Below are positions 1 through 7,689 of a stretch of DNA of 32,000 nucleotides, in pieces. Made by a program: the position numbers and the translations under genes. This DNA comes from Geobacter sulfurreducens PCA (GTDB lineage: Bacteria; Desulfobacterota; Desulfuromonadia; Geobacterales; Geobacteraceae). The number at the start of each line of letters is the position of its first letter. The stretch's first letter is position 1. The notes under the pieces are model-generated. The model saw only the letters and a list, made by a program, of their open reading frames with translations. It searched no databases and was not told the origin of the DNA. The stretch covers positions 1,050,001 to 1,082,000 of the forward strand of contig NC_002939.5 of the NCBI RefSeq assembly GCF_000007985.2, written 5' to 3'.

Positions 1-810
1 CGGCTCGAGCCCGTTCACACCCTGGACGACATCGTCCTCCCGGCCCTCCAGATGGCCCAGTTGCGGGAGATCTGCGCCCAGGTCCGCTACCGGCACCTGG
101 TTTTCGGCCAGTGGGGATTCGACCGGAAGCTCTCCTCGGGCAAGGGGCTTACGGTTCTCTTTACGGGGCCTCCCGGCACGGGCAAGACCATGGCCGCCGC
201 GGTGATTGCCCGCGAACTGGGGTTGGAGCTCTACCGGATCGATCTCTCCCAGGTGGTGAGCAAGTACATCGGCGAGACGGAGAAAAACCTGGAGCGCATC
301 TTCGCCGAGGCGGAGACCGCCGGCGCCATCCTGTTCTTCGACGAGGCCGACGCCCTGTTCGGCAGGCGTTCCGAGGTGAAGGACGCCCACGACCGTTATG
401 CGAATATTGAAATCGGCTACCTGCTCCAGCGGATGGAGGAGTACAGCGGCATCTCCATTCTGGCCACGAATCTCCGCCAGAACCTGGACGAGGCCTTCAC
501 CCGCCGCATCCGGATCGTGGTGGAGTTCCCCTTTCCCGACGAGGAATACCGGGAAATGATCTGGCAGCGCATCTTCCCGCCGGAACTTCCCGTGGGGGAC
601 GATGTGGACCTGGGATTCCTGGCCCGCCGGTTCAGAATCTCCGGGGGGGATATCAGGAACGTGGCCCTGGGCGCGGTCTTTTTCGCGGCCGAGGAGGGGC
701 GGCCCCTGGCCATGGCGCACCTGGTCCGCGCCCTGGGCAGGGAGTTGCGCAAGACGGGAAAACCGTGCACCAGGGAGGAGTTCGGAGACTATCTGGAGAT
801 GCTGGCGTGA
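1..810 (+). CDS. AAA+ ATPase of the contractile injection system (Afp15/Pvc15-like), 5' end cut by the window edge
   Basis: The frame is open from nt 1 (RLEPVHTLDDIVLPALQ precedes the first Met at 52). Walker A GPPGTGKT, Walker B ILFFDEADALF, CDC48/FtsH-type AAA core. It lies directly upstream of the DUF4255 cap gene, as in eCIS loci. Confidence 0.9.
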   Translation, partial: RLEPVHTLDDIVLPALQMAQLREICAQVRYRHLVFGQWGFDRKLSSGKGLTVLFTGPPGTGKTMAAAVIARELGLELYRIDLSQVVSKYIGETEKNLERIFAEAETAGAILFFDEADALFGRRSEVKDAHDRYANIEIGYLLQRMEEYSGISILATNLRQNLDEAFTRRIRIVVEFPFPDEEYREMIWQRIFPPELPVGDDVDLGFLARRFRISGGDIRNVALGAVFFAAEEGRPLAMAHLVRALGRELRKTGKPCTREEFGDYLEMLA

Positions 811-823
811 CAGGGATGGAGCC

Positions 824-1420
824 ATGAGCGACTACACGGTGATTGCCGATATCGGGGCCACGCTGATCGGCCTGCTGCGGGAGAGCATGGGCGACCTGCT
901 GTCCGCCGACGCCATCGCGCTTCTCTCTCCGGCGGAGCTGGAAGGGCAGGACATCCGCCTGACCCTCTTCCTCTATGCCGTGAGCGAGAATCCGCACCTG
1001 AAGAACGCCCCGGCCCCGCCGGCTTCGCCGGGTATCCGCCGGGCCCCGCCGCTCCACCTGGACCTTTCCTACCTGCTCACGGCCCACGGCTCACGGCTCA
1101 TCACCGACCGGACCGAACGCTCCTTGGAGGAGCACCGGATCCTGGGGCGGGCCATGCGGGTACTCTACGATAACTCACTGCTGACGGGATCGGTCCTGAA
1201 GGGCGGTCTGGCCGGATCCACGGCCCAGTTCCGGGTGAATCTCCAACCCCTTGCCCTGGACGACCTGTCCAAGATATGGACTGCTCTGCCCAACAACGCC
1301 CTCAAGGCATCGGCAGGGTACCAGGTGACCCCGGTGGCCATTGATTCCACCCGGTCCACCGGCGGGAAACCCGTGGTGGAGAGGACCCTGGAGTACTACC
1401 AGAAAGGGGCCGGGTTATGA
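824..1420 (+). CDS. DUF4255 (Pvc16_N / Afp16-like) tail terminator-cap protein
   Basis: ATG at 824 inside ORF 602..1420. The N-terminus MSDYTVIADIGATLIGLLRESM... and LHLDLSYLLTAHG ... YQVTPVAIDS match my recollection of the DUF4255 family. The upstream part of the ORF overlaps the ATPase gene and is discarded. Confidence 0.8.
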   Translation: MSDYTVIADIGATLIGLLRESMGDLLSADAIALLSPAELEGQDIRLTLFLYAVSENPHLKNAPAPPASPGIRRAPPLHLDLSYLLTAHGSRLITDRTERSLEEHRILGRAMRVLYDNSLLTGSVLKGGLAGSTAQFRVNLQPLALDDLSKIWTALPNNALKASAGYQVTPVAIDSTRSTGGKPVVERTLEYYQKGAGL

Positions 1421-2265
1421 CCGAGGCAGTGATGCTCCAGCCGCCCGACCGGTCCGTGAGCCGCCTTTCCTTCGCGATGCGGCTGGTGGATGACTTCGCG
1501 CCGGAGCGGGAGCCTCCGGCCGGGGTAGCGGTGACGCTCACGGGAGGCGGGACCCAGGGCATTCGCAACCCCGGCGGGTGGCACCTCTTCATGGATCTGC
1601 CGCCGGGAACGTACCGGGTGAGTGCCCGGTCAGAGCTCTACCTGGCGGAGGAGAAGGAGATCGACACCGCGCTGCTGGATCCCGGCCTGCCGGTGGTGGA
1701 GCTGCTGCTTAAGCCGTCCGCTGCCTACCCGTTTCCACCCGGAACCACGCTGGTCCGTGGCGTGGTGAGGAACGAAGCGGGGCAGGACGTGCCGGATGCC
1801 CGGGTGGAGGCGGTTCCCTGGATGCCGGTGCCATCGGTGAAGGGGCGGGTGCGGCAGGGTGGCGCCCAGGCGGGCCAGCCGACCATCCGCCTTGAGCACC
1901 TGTCGGGAGGACTGGCCGCGGGCGACATGCTGCTGGTCAGGGATGGAGACCCCTCCCGCCAGGAGATCGTCCGGATCGCGGCGCCGCTGCCGTCCAACGC
2001 CTCGCAGCCGTTCACCCTGGCGGCGCCGCTCCGTTTCGGCCATGCCGCGGGCACCTCGGTCCACCTTCTGGCGGCTGCCGCGCCCTTCACCACCGCCACG
2101 GCCGGCACCGGGGAATTCGTTGTCTACCAGAGGAACGCATCCGCCCGGCTGTTCGTTATCAGGCTCAGTACGAGCGTAGCGGGATACCTGCCGGACGAGC
2201 GGGATCTGGAGATCGCCGAGGGTACGACCCAATCTGTGGGAGTGATCAGCCTGCACCAGCTCTGA
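1417..2265 (+). CDS. Hypothetical eCIS-associated protein (CarboxypepD_reg/PEGA-like beta-sandwich features)
   Basis: ATGA stop/start overlap with the cap gene at 1417-1420. PPGTYRVSARSELY..EEKEI resembles carboxypeptidase-regulatory-like folds. The C-terminal half weakly resembles the sheath insert repeat. Confidence 0.6.
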   Translation: MTEAVMLQPPDRSVSRLSFAMRLVDDFAPEREPPAGVAVTLTGGGTQGIRNPGGWHLFMDLPPGTYRVSARSELYLAEEKEIDTALLDPGLPVVELLLKPSAAYPFPPGTTLVRGVVRNEAGQDVPDARVEAVPWMPVPSVKGRVRQGGAQAGQPTIRLEHLSGGLAAGDMLLVRDGDPSRQEIVRIAAPLPSNASQPFTLAAPLRFGHAAGTSVHLLAAAAPFTTATAGTGEFVVYQRNASARLFVIRLSTSVAGYLPDERDLEIAEGTTQSVGVISLHQL

Positions 2266-2343
2266 TCCTGAATCCGGCAATGCTCAACTGCCGAATAGAG
2301 GCTGATTGATCATAGGGGAACACACTGAAAGGAGGAATACGCG

Positions 2344-4326
2344 ATGCCCGAATATCTGTCGCCCGGAGTGTACGTTGAGGAGTTCGAAATCGGCGCTAAG
2401 CCCATCGAGGGGGTGAGCACCAGCACGGCGGGCTTCCTGGGGGAAACGGAGCGGGGACCCACGGTGCCGCGGCTGGTCACCAGCTGGCTGGAGTACCAGC
2501 GGGTTTTCGGGAGCTACCTGGGATCGGACAAGTACCTTCCCTACACGGTCCAGGGGTTCTTTGACAACGGCGGGAAGCGCTGCTATGTGGGGCGGGTCGT
2601 CAAGGCGGGGGATGCGGCCGCCACGGCGGCCACCGTGAAACTTACGGCCGGCGCGGCCAACGCCCTCACCGTCACTGCCATCGGCGAAGGGGCCTGGGGC
2701 AACAGGGTGGCCGTGAAGGTGAGCCCCGGGAGCCTGTCGGGGTTCAGGCTGAGCGTCTATTACTGGAAATCAGCCCCCACCGCCCTGTTTGACCCGGACT
2801 TCGACCAGAAGGCGAACCCTCGCCCCACGGCGGTGGAGATCTACGACAACCTGTCGGTGGACGAGGCGTCTCCCGACTACTACGACAAGCGGGTGAACGC
2901 GGTTTCCAGCCTGGTCCGGCTCGGCAGGCTGGCCGGCGACACGGGGGGCGCCCCCGACGCCAAGGCAGGGCATATGGGTACGGCCCAGTCCGGTGCCGCT
3001 TCCACCATCACCCTGGCCAGCACCGCCTCGGCCACGGATGACGCCTACAACGGCATGCAGGTCTGGATCGTCGACAAGACCGGCAAGGGGCAGGTCCGCA
3101 CCATCTCCGACTACGTGGGCTCGACGCGGGTGGCCACGGTGAGCGCCGCTTGGACGACCCAGCCCGACAGCACGTCGGTTTACTACGTTTCGTCAGTTGC
3201 TTCGCTCGCCGGAGGGGGGGACGTGCTGGCCCAGCAGGGTACGGCCCAGGCCGGGGCCGCCTCCACCATCACCCTGGCCGCCGGCGCTTCGACCGTGAAC
3301 AATGCTTACAACGGCATGGCCGTCGAGATCCTTGCCGGCACCGGGCTGGGGCAGAAGCGGACAATCTCCGGGTACGTGGGCTCGACGCGGGTGGCCACGG
3401 TGAGCGCCGCCTGGACGACCCAGCCCGACGCCACGTCGGTCTACCGGATCACCCCGTCGCTCATCCTCTCCGACTACGAGCGGGGCGATACGGATTCCCC
3501 CGGCAACCGCAAGGGACTTACCGGATTCAAGGAGATCGACGACATCTCCCTCGTGTATGCGCCCAACGCCCAAGGGGTGGCTGGGCTGCCCGGTTCCCTC
3601 ATCACCCACTGCGAGAACCTCAAGGACCGGTTCGCCATCATTGACGCGGCCCAGGGCTCTACCGTCTCGAACCTCTCGCCCCGCGACACCAACGAATCCA
3701 AGTATGGCGCATTCTACTATCCGTGGCTCAAGGTCATCGACCCCGAGGCAGGGGTGCAGCGCCTGGTGCCGCCCGGAGGCCACGTGGCGGGGATCTACGC
3801 CCGCAGCGACACTGAGCGGGGTGTGCACAAGGCCCCGGCCAACGAGAAGGTGAACGGCGCCGTGGATCTGGAGTTCCCCATCACCAAGGGGGAGCAGGAC
3901 GTGCTGAACCCCCGCGGGGTCAACGTTATCCGTGCCTTCCCCGGCAGGGGGATCCGCGTCTGGGGCGCCCGCACCCTCTCCAGCGACCCGCTCTGGAAGT
4001 ACGTGAACGTCCGGCGACTCTTCATCTTCCTGGAGGAGTCCATCGACGAGGGGACCCAATGGGTGGTGTTCGAGCCCAATGACATCCCGCTCTGGGCCCG
4101 GGTCAGGCAGACCATCGTCCAGTTCCTGACCGGCGTATGGCGCACCGGCGCCCTGGCCGGAGCCACCCCGGAAGAGGCGTTTTTCGTCAAGTGCGACCGG
4201 ACCACCATGACCCAGGACGACATCGACAACGGCCGGCTGATCTGCGTGATCGGCGTGGCTCCGGTTAAGCCAGCGGAATTCGTGATTTTCCGCATCGCCC
4301 AGTGGACCGCCGGGGCCAAGGGGTAG
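2344..4326 (+). CDS. Contractile tail sheath protein (Afp2-4/Pvc2-like)
   Basis: Strong RBS AAAGGAGGA 8 nt upstream. N-terminus MPEYLSPGVYVEE and C-terminal GVNVIRAFPGRGIRVWGARTLS...LWKYVNVRRL are hallmark phage sheath motifs. 660 aa, with an internal duplicated insert. Confidence 0.93.
   Translation: MPEYLSPGVYVEEFEIGAKPIEGVSTSTAGFLGETERGPTVPRLVTSWLEYQRVFGSYLGSDKYLPYTVQGFFDNGGKRCYVGRVVKAGDAAATAATVKLTAGAANALTVTAIGEGAWGNRVAVKVSPGSLSGFRLSVYYWKSAPTALFDPDFDQKANPRPTAVEIYDNLSVDEASPDYYDKRVNAVSSLVRLGRLAGDTGGAPDAKAGHMGTAQSGAASTITLASTASATDDAYNGMQVWIVDKTGKGQVRTISDYVGSTRVATVSAAWTTQPDSTSVYYVSSVASLAGGGDVLAQQGTAQAGAASTITLAAGASTVNNAYNGMAVEILAGTGLGQKRTISGYVGSTRVATVSAAWTTQPDATSVYRITPSLILSDYERGDTDSPGNRKGLTGFKEIDDISLVYAPNAQGVAGLPGSLITHCENLKDRFAIIDAAQGSTVSNLSPRDTNESKYGAFYYPWLKVIDPEAGVQRLVPPGGHVAGIYARSDTERGVHKAPANEKVNGAVDLEFPITKGEQDVLNPRGVNVIRAFPGRGIRVWGARTLSSDPLWKYVNVRRLFIFLEESIDEGTQWVVFEPNDIPLWARVRQTIVQFLTGVWRTGALAGATPEEAFFVKCDRTTMTQDDIDNGRLICVIGVAPVKPAEFVIFRIAQWTAGAKG
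2977..3450 (+). repeat. In-frame tandem duplication (two 71-aa units, period 261 nt) inside the sheath gene
   Basis: Unit 1 is 2977-3189 and unit 2 is 3238-3450. By hand count, 53 of 71 aa are identical. There is a 38-nt exact DNA match (3112-3149 vs 3373-3410, tacgtgggctcgacgcgggtggccacggtgagcgccgc), while the centres of the units have diverged. Confidence 0.85.
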
Positions 4327-4366
4327 GGCGCCGCCGAACTAAGACTATCTCAAGGGGGATGACCAT

Positions 4367-4804
4367 ATGGCCGGCAGAAAAGATCCATACCGCAATTTCA
4401 GATTTCTCGTGGAGATCGACGGCATCGTTCAGGCCGGATTCAGCGAGGTGACCGTGCCCGATACCTCCACCGACGTGGTGGAGTACCGGGAGGGGAGCGA
4501 GGAGCCGCGCCTGCGCAAGCTCTCGGGACTCAACAAGTTCGGCAACGTGACCCTGAAATGGGGCACTACCGATTCGCTGGAGTTCTTCAACTGGCGCAAG
4601 CTCGTCATGCAGGGAAAGATGAAGGACGCACGCAAGAACATGGCCGTGATCCTCATGGACGAGGAGGGAAATCCTGCGGCACGGTGGGAGTTCGAGAACG
4701 CCTGGCCGAACAAGTACGATCCGGCGGACCTCAATGCCAAGGGGAACGACGTGGCCATCGAGAGCGTGGAGATCGTCCACGAGGGAATGAAGCGCGTGAG
4801 CTGA
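4367..4804 (+). CDS. Tail tube protein 1 (T4 gp19-like / Afp1-like)
   Basis: RBS AAGGGGGA. DPYRNFRFLVEIDGI.QAGFSEV...VVEYREG is the conserved phage tail tube (gp19-family) signature. Confidence 0.9.
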   Translation: MAGRKDPYRNFRFLVEIDGIVQAGFSEVTVPDTSTDVVEYREGSEEPRLRKLSGLNKFGNVTLKWGTTDSLEFFNWRKLVMQGKMKDARKNMAVILMDEEGNPAARWEFENAWPNKYDPADLNAKGNDVAIESVEIVHEGMKRVS

Positions 4805-4820
4805 TCAATGAGAAAGGTGG

Positions 4821-5189
4821 ATGACCATGGCGTTTCAGACCGAATTTGAATTTACCCTTCCCAAGGGGTACGTGGACGGCGAGGGGAACCTTCACCGTCA
4901 GGGGATCATGAGGCTCGCCACCGCGGCCGACGAGGTCCTCCCCCTGAAGGACCCCCGGGTCCAGCAGAACCCGGCCTACCTGACCGTGATCCTGCTCTCC
5001 CGGGTCATGGTCAAGCTGGGGAGCCTGCCGGAGGTGAATCCCCGCATCGTGGAAGGGCTCTTTGTTTCCGACCTGTCGTACCTGCAGGAGTTCTACCGGC
5101 AGATCAACGACGGCGGCGCGGCCCAGGTGAAGGCCGTCTGCCCACGCTGCGAGCACGCCTTCACCATGGAGCTCGCCCCGGGGGAATAA
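4821..5189 (+). CDS. gpE-like tail assembly chaperone (start may be the second ATG at 4827)
   Basis: It sits between tube and tape-measure-like genes. The pattern REPT-like RLATAADE...L..V.P.IVEGLFVSDLSYLQEFY resembles the P2 gpE / Mu gp41 chaperone family. C-terminal CPRCEH. SD AAGGTGG is better spaced for 4827. Confidence 0.6.
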   Translation: MTMAFQTEFEFTLPKGYVDGEGNLHRQGIMRLATAADEVLPLKDPRVQQNPAYLTVILLSRVMVKLGSLPEVNPRIVEGLFVSDLSYLQEFYRQINDGGAAQVKAVCPRCEHAFTMELAPGE

Positions 5190-5227
5190 CGGGCTACCCC
5201 CTCGATCGCATCTACGAGGAGGTAGCC
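5177..5227 (+). promoter_or_regulatory. Candidate -1 programmed ribosomal frameshift cassette (slippery heptamer plus stem-loop)
   Basis: Zero-frame codons are GCC CCG GGG GAA TAA. The heptamer C CCG GGG (5177-5183) fits X XXY YYZ. After an 8-nt spacer there is a hairpin: 5192-5198 pairs with 5221-5227 (7 bp), one mismatch, then 5200-5204 pairs with 5215-5219 (5 bp), with a 10-nt loop. Confidence 0.4.
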
Positions 5228-5365
5228 TTCATCGCCTATTACCTGCACTGGCCCCATGACGAGATCATGGGGATGGAGCATCGGGACCGGCGCCGGTGGT
5301 GCGAGGAAATATCGCGGATCAACCGGTCCGCCAACGCCGATGCCACGAGCATCGCTGATCTGTAG
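5186..5365 (+). CDS. Small conserved eCIS protein / -1 frame extension of the chaperone (no canonical start codon)
   Basis: The -1 frame reads (I)TGYPLDRIYEEVAFIAYYLHWPHDEIMGMEHRDRRRWCEEISRINRS... up to TAG at 5363-5365. It resembles a small protein I recall between tube genes of eCIS loci. There is no ATG/GTG/TTG upstream of the conserved part. The only start candidates are ATA at 5186 (overlapping the TAA as ATAA) or a frameshift fusion. Confidence 0.5.
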   Translation: MTGYPLDRIYEEVAFIAYYLHWPHDEIMGMEHRDRRRWCEEISRINRSANADATSIADL

Positions 5366-5418
5366 CGGAACGACGCGGGTCCCGGAGTCGCCGGCCGGCC
5401 CGCGGCGCGGGGAAGGAT

Positions 5419-5859
5419 ATGCCCATGGCGCTCGACAACAGAAAAGATCCCTACGGCGCCTTTCGCTTTCTGGTGGAACTGGAAGGGCTGGTGGTGGGCG
5501 GTTTCGCCGAGGTCTCCGGACTTCAGGCCGAAACCGAGGTGGAGGAGTACCGGGAAGGTGGGGTCAATGAGCATCCGCACAAACTGCGGAAGATCACCCG
5601 TTACCCCAACCTGGTGCTCAGGCGGGGGATCACCGACTGCCGGGTCCTCTGGGAATGGTACCGGGACGTGATCGCCGGTACGGTGTCCCGCCGGAATGGT
5701 GCGGTGATTCTTATGGACAGGGAGGGAAATCCCGCCTGGCGCATGGAGTTCTCCGGGGCCTATCCGGTCAAGTGGGAAGGGCCGGAACTGAAGGCCGACG
5801 GCAATGCCACGGCCATTGAGAAGGTGGAGCTGGTGCACAACGGGCTGAAGGTGGAGTAA
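5419..5859 (+). CDS. Tail tube protein 2 (gp19-like paralogue / Afp5-like)
   Basis: RBS GGAAGGA. DPYGAFRFLVELEGLVVGGFAEVSGL...VEEYREGG is paralogous to tube 1. Confidence 0.9.
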   Translation: MPMALDNRKDPYGAFRFLVELEGLVVGGFAEVSGLQAETEVEEYREGGVNEHPHKLRKITRYPNLVLRRGITDCRVLWEWYRDVIAGTVSRRNGAVILMDREGNPAWRMEFSGAYPVKWEGPELKADGNATAIEKVELVHNGLKVE

Positions 5860-5862
5860 CCC

Positions 5863-7053
5863 ATGACCCTTGCCGAGCGGATCACGGAAAGATGCAGCTG
5901 GCGGAGAGCGGCCGGCCGTCGCGGTTGCCCCGGTACGGTTTCGCTGCTTACACCCGAGCGGCTGATGGGCCGTTACCTGCGGGGGCCCATGACGCTTACG
6001 CCGGTGCCGCTGGTGCATCCGGGGCGGACCGGGCGCCTTGACCTGAGCCTGTCGCTCCGGTTCTTCTGGCAGACGAATGGTTCTCTGGTCATGGGACGAC
6101 CCACAGGAGAGCTGCCGGTTTCCAGTGTGTTGCGACACGGCGGAACAGCGATGGCGCCAGCGGGTCCGGTTGAACAGGGGCCGGGTGCATCGGCCGCCGG
6201 CAGGGGGAGTGATACGGCAGCCCGCTTTGTCCATTCTGCCGGCGGTCTGCCCCGTTGCCTGGACGGGGAGATACTACGCACCATCCTCGGCAGGTTTGAA
6301 GACGTGAGGGTACGGGATCTGGGGCCGGGACGGCGGGAAGATGGCCGGAACCACCGGCAAGATAGGGATTCATTCTCACGGGCGGCGATAGTGGGGATGG
6401 TTACCATGTCGACGTCCGGCTGGGGCAGGATTCTGCCGGCTCACCGTCGTGAACAGTCCGTAGGGGGGAACGTTTTCCCGCACCGGGCCGTCCGCATGAT
6501 GCGGCGTACACCCGCCGGAGTAGCCGCAACTCAGCCCCTGGGTGAAAAGAGCCACGCCAGTGGGGATCATCCGGCAGTCGTGTCGGGGCGGTCTTTCTCC
6601 GCCGGGCAGCGGTTGTCGGCGCCACGGACCCGGCTGATTGGCACGGTCCGGCCCCTCGGTGGCCTTGCTGCCATGGGAAAGCGCAGCGGCTCCGCAGGGG
6701 GGCCGGCAAGAGTCGGTACGGCCTCCCTGCCGGAGAGGGGGACGGTTGCCGGTTCAGCTGCCATGGATCAGCGCCGGCGGGGGATGGTGTCTCCGGTGCC
6801 CGCCGACGCTTTGGAGAAAGAACTTGTCCTGACCCACGCGATGGCCGGCCCCGTGAGCCGGTCGGCCCTTGTCTCCCGCCCTCCGGCAGCCGTGCCGGCT
6901 AACGCTGTGCCCTTTGCCGGGCCGGTGGCGGCGGAGACGGGGCGGGTGGCGCGGGCACCGGCTGCCGCAGTGGATGTGAATCGGCTGGCCGACGAGGTCT
7001 GCCGGGTGATCGAACGGAGACTCGTCACCGAACGGGAACGGCGGGGACGATGA
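5863..7053 (+). CDS. Putative tape-measure-like / tube-lumen protein (R/G/A/P-rich, predicted disordered)
   Basis: ATG lies 3 nt after the tube 2 stop, and the ORF ends 15 nt before the LysM gene. Position matches the P2-type order tube-chaperone-tape measure. Only the C-terminus VDVNRLADEVCRVIERRLVTERERRGR looks structured. Third-position codon usage is less GC-biased than in its neighbours. Confidence 0.5.
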   Translation: MTLAERITERCSWRRAAGRRGCPGTVSLLTPERLMGRYLRGPMTLTPVPLVHPGRTGRLDLSLSLRFFWQTNGSLVMGRPTGELPVSSVLRHGGTAMAPAGPVEQGPGASAAGRGSDTAARFVHSAGGLPRCLDGEILRTILGRFEDVRVRDLGPGRREDGRNHRQDRDSFSRAAIVGMVTMSTSGWGRILPAHRREQSVGGNVFPHRAVRMMRRTPAGVAATQPLGEKSHASGDHPAVVSGRSFSAGQRLSAPRTRLIGTVRPLGGLAAMGKRSGSAGGPARVGTASLPERGTVAGSAAMDQRRRGMVSPVPADALEKELVLTHAMAGPVSRSALVSRPPAAVPANAVPFAGPVAAETGRVARAPAAAVDVNRLADEVCRVIERRLVTERERRGR

Positions 7054-7068
7054 GGGGAGGTGCGGGGC

Positions 7069-7686
7069 ATGGCCCTTGAGAAGGCAAAGCTCGTGAACGC
7101 CGACACCGGCGAGGAGGTGGCGGTCCTGTTCAATCCCACCGAGTACGCGGTGGAAAAGGGGAACCAGTACGCGGAAATCGCCATCCCCGGGCTGGAGGCG
7201 CCGTTGCTCCAGTTCAGCCGGGGAACTGCCCGTACCCTGACCATGGATCTCTTTCTCGATACCTCTGAGACGGGGCAGGATGTGCGGGTTCACACCAAGC
7301 GGATCACCTCGTTCCTGGACATCGATCCCGAGACCCATGCCCCGCCCGTCTGCCGCTTCGTCTGGGGAGGCGGCGAGAGCTTCACCGGCGTGCTGGAGCG
7401 GGCCACCCAGCGGTTCACCATGTTTCTGGCCGACGGGACCCCCGTGCGGGCCACGGTGGGGGTGGCGCTGAAGGAGTTCCGGACCGGCCTCAACCGGGAA
7501 AAGCCGCTCCAGTCGCCGGACCGGACCAAAGTAAGAACCATGGGGGAGGGTGACAGTCTCTGGCTTCTGGCTGCCCGGGAATACGGGGACCCGGCCCAGT
7601 GGCGGTTCATCGCCCGGGAGAGCGGCATCGTCAATCCGCGGCGGGTGAAGGCCGGCACCGACCTGGTCATTCCCCCCATCGAGTGA
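7069..7686 (+). CDS. LysM-domain CIS tube-initiator / baseplate hub protein (Afp7-like)
   Basis: ATG at 7069 with GAGGGGAGG upstream (the track start at 7060 is a GTG). The N-terminal tube-like fold is followed by a C-terminal LysM: GDSLWLLAAREYGDPAQWRFIARESGIVNPRRVKAGTDLVIP. Confidence 0.85.
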   Translation: MALEKAKLVNADTGEEVAVLFNPTEYAVEKGNQYAEIAIPGLEAPLLQFSRGTARTLTMDLFLDTSETGQDVRVHTKRITSFLDIDPETHAPPVCRFVWGGGESFTGVLERATQRFTMFLADGTPVRATVGVALKEFRTGLNREKPLQSPDRTKVRTMGEGDSLWLLAAREYGDPAQWRFIARESGIVNPRRVKAGTDLVIPPIE

Positions 7687-7689
7687 GCC

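Noticed and set aside
2266-2343. Possible promoter or sigma54 site (cGGCAatgctcaacTGCc) upstream of the sheath gene
   Set aside because: The spacing between GG and GC does not fit the consensus, and I found no convincing -35/-10 pair. Only the RBS is clear.
2977-3450. Sheath repeats as a diversity-generating retroelement TR/VR pair
   Set aside because: Differences between the units are not confined to adenine positions. Both copies are in-frame parts of one protein, and no reverse transcriptase gene is present in the window.
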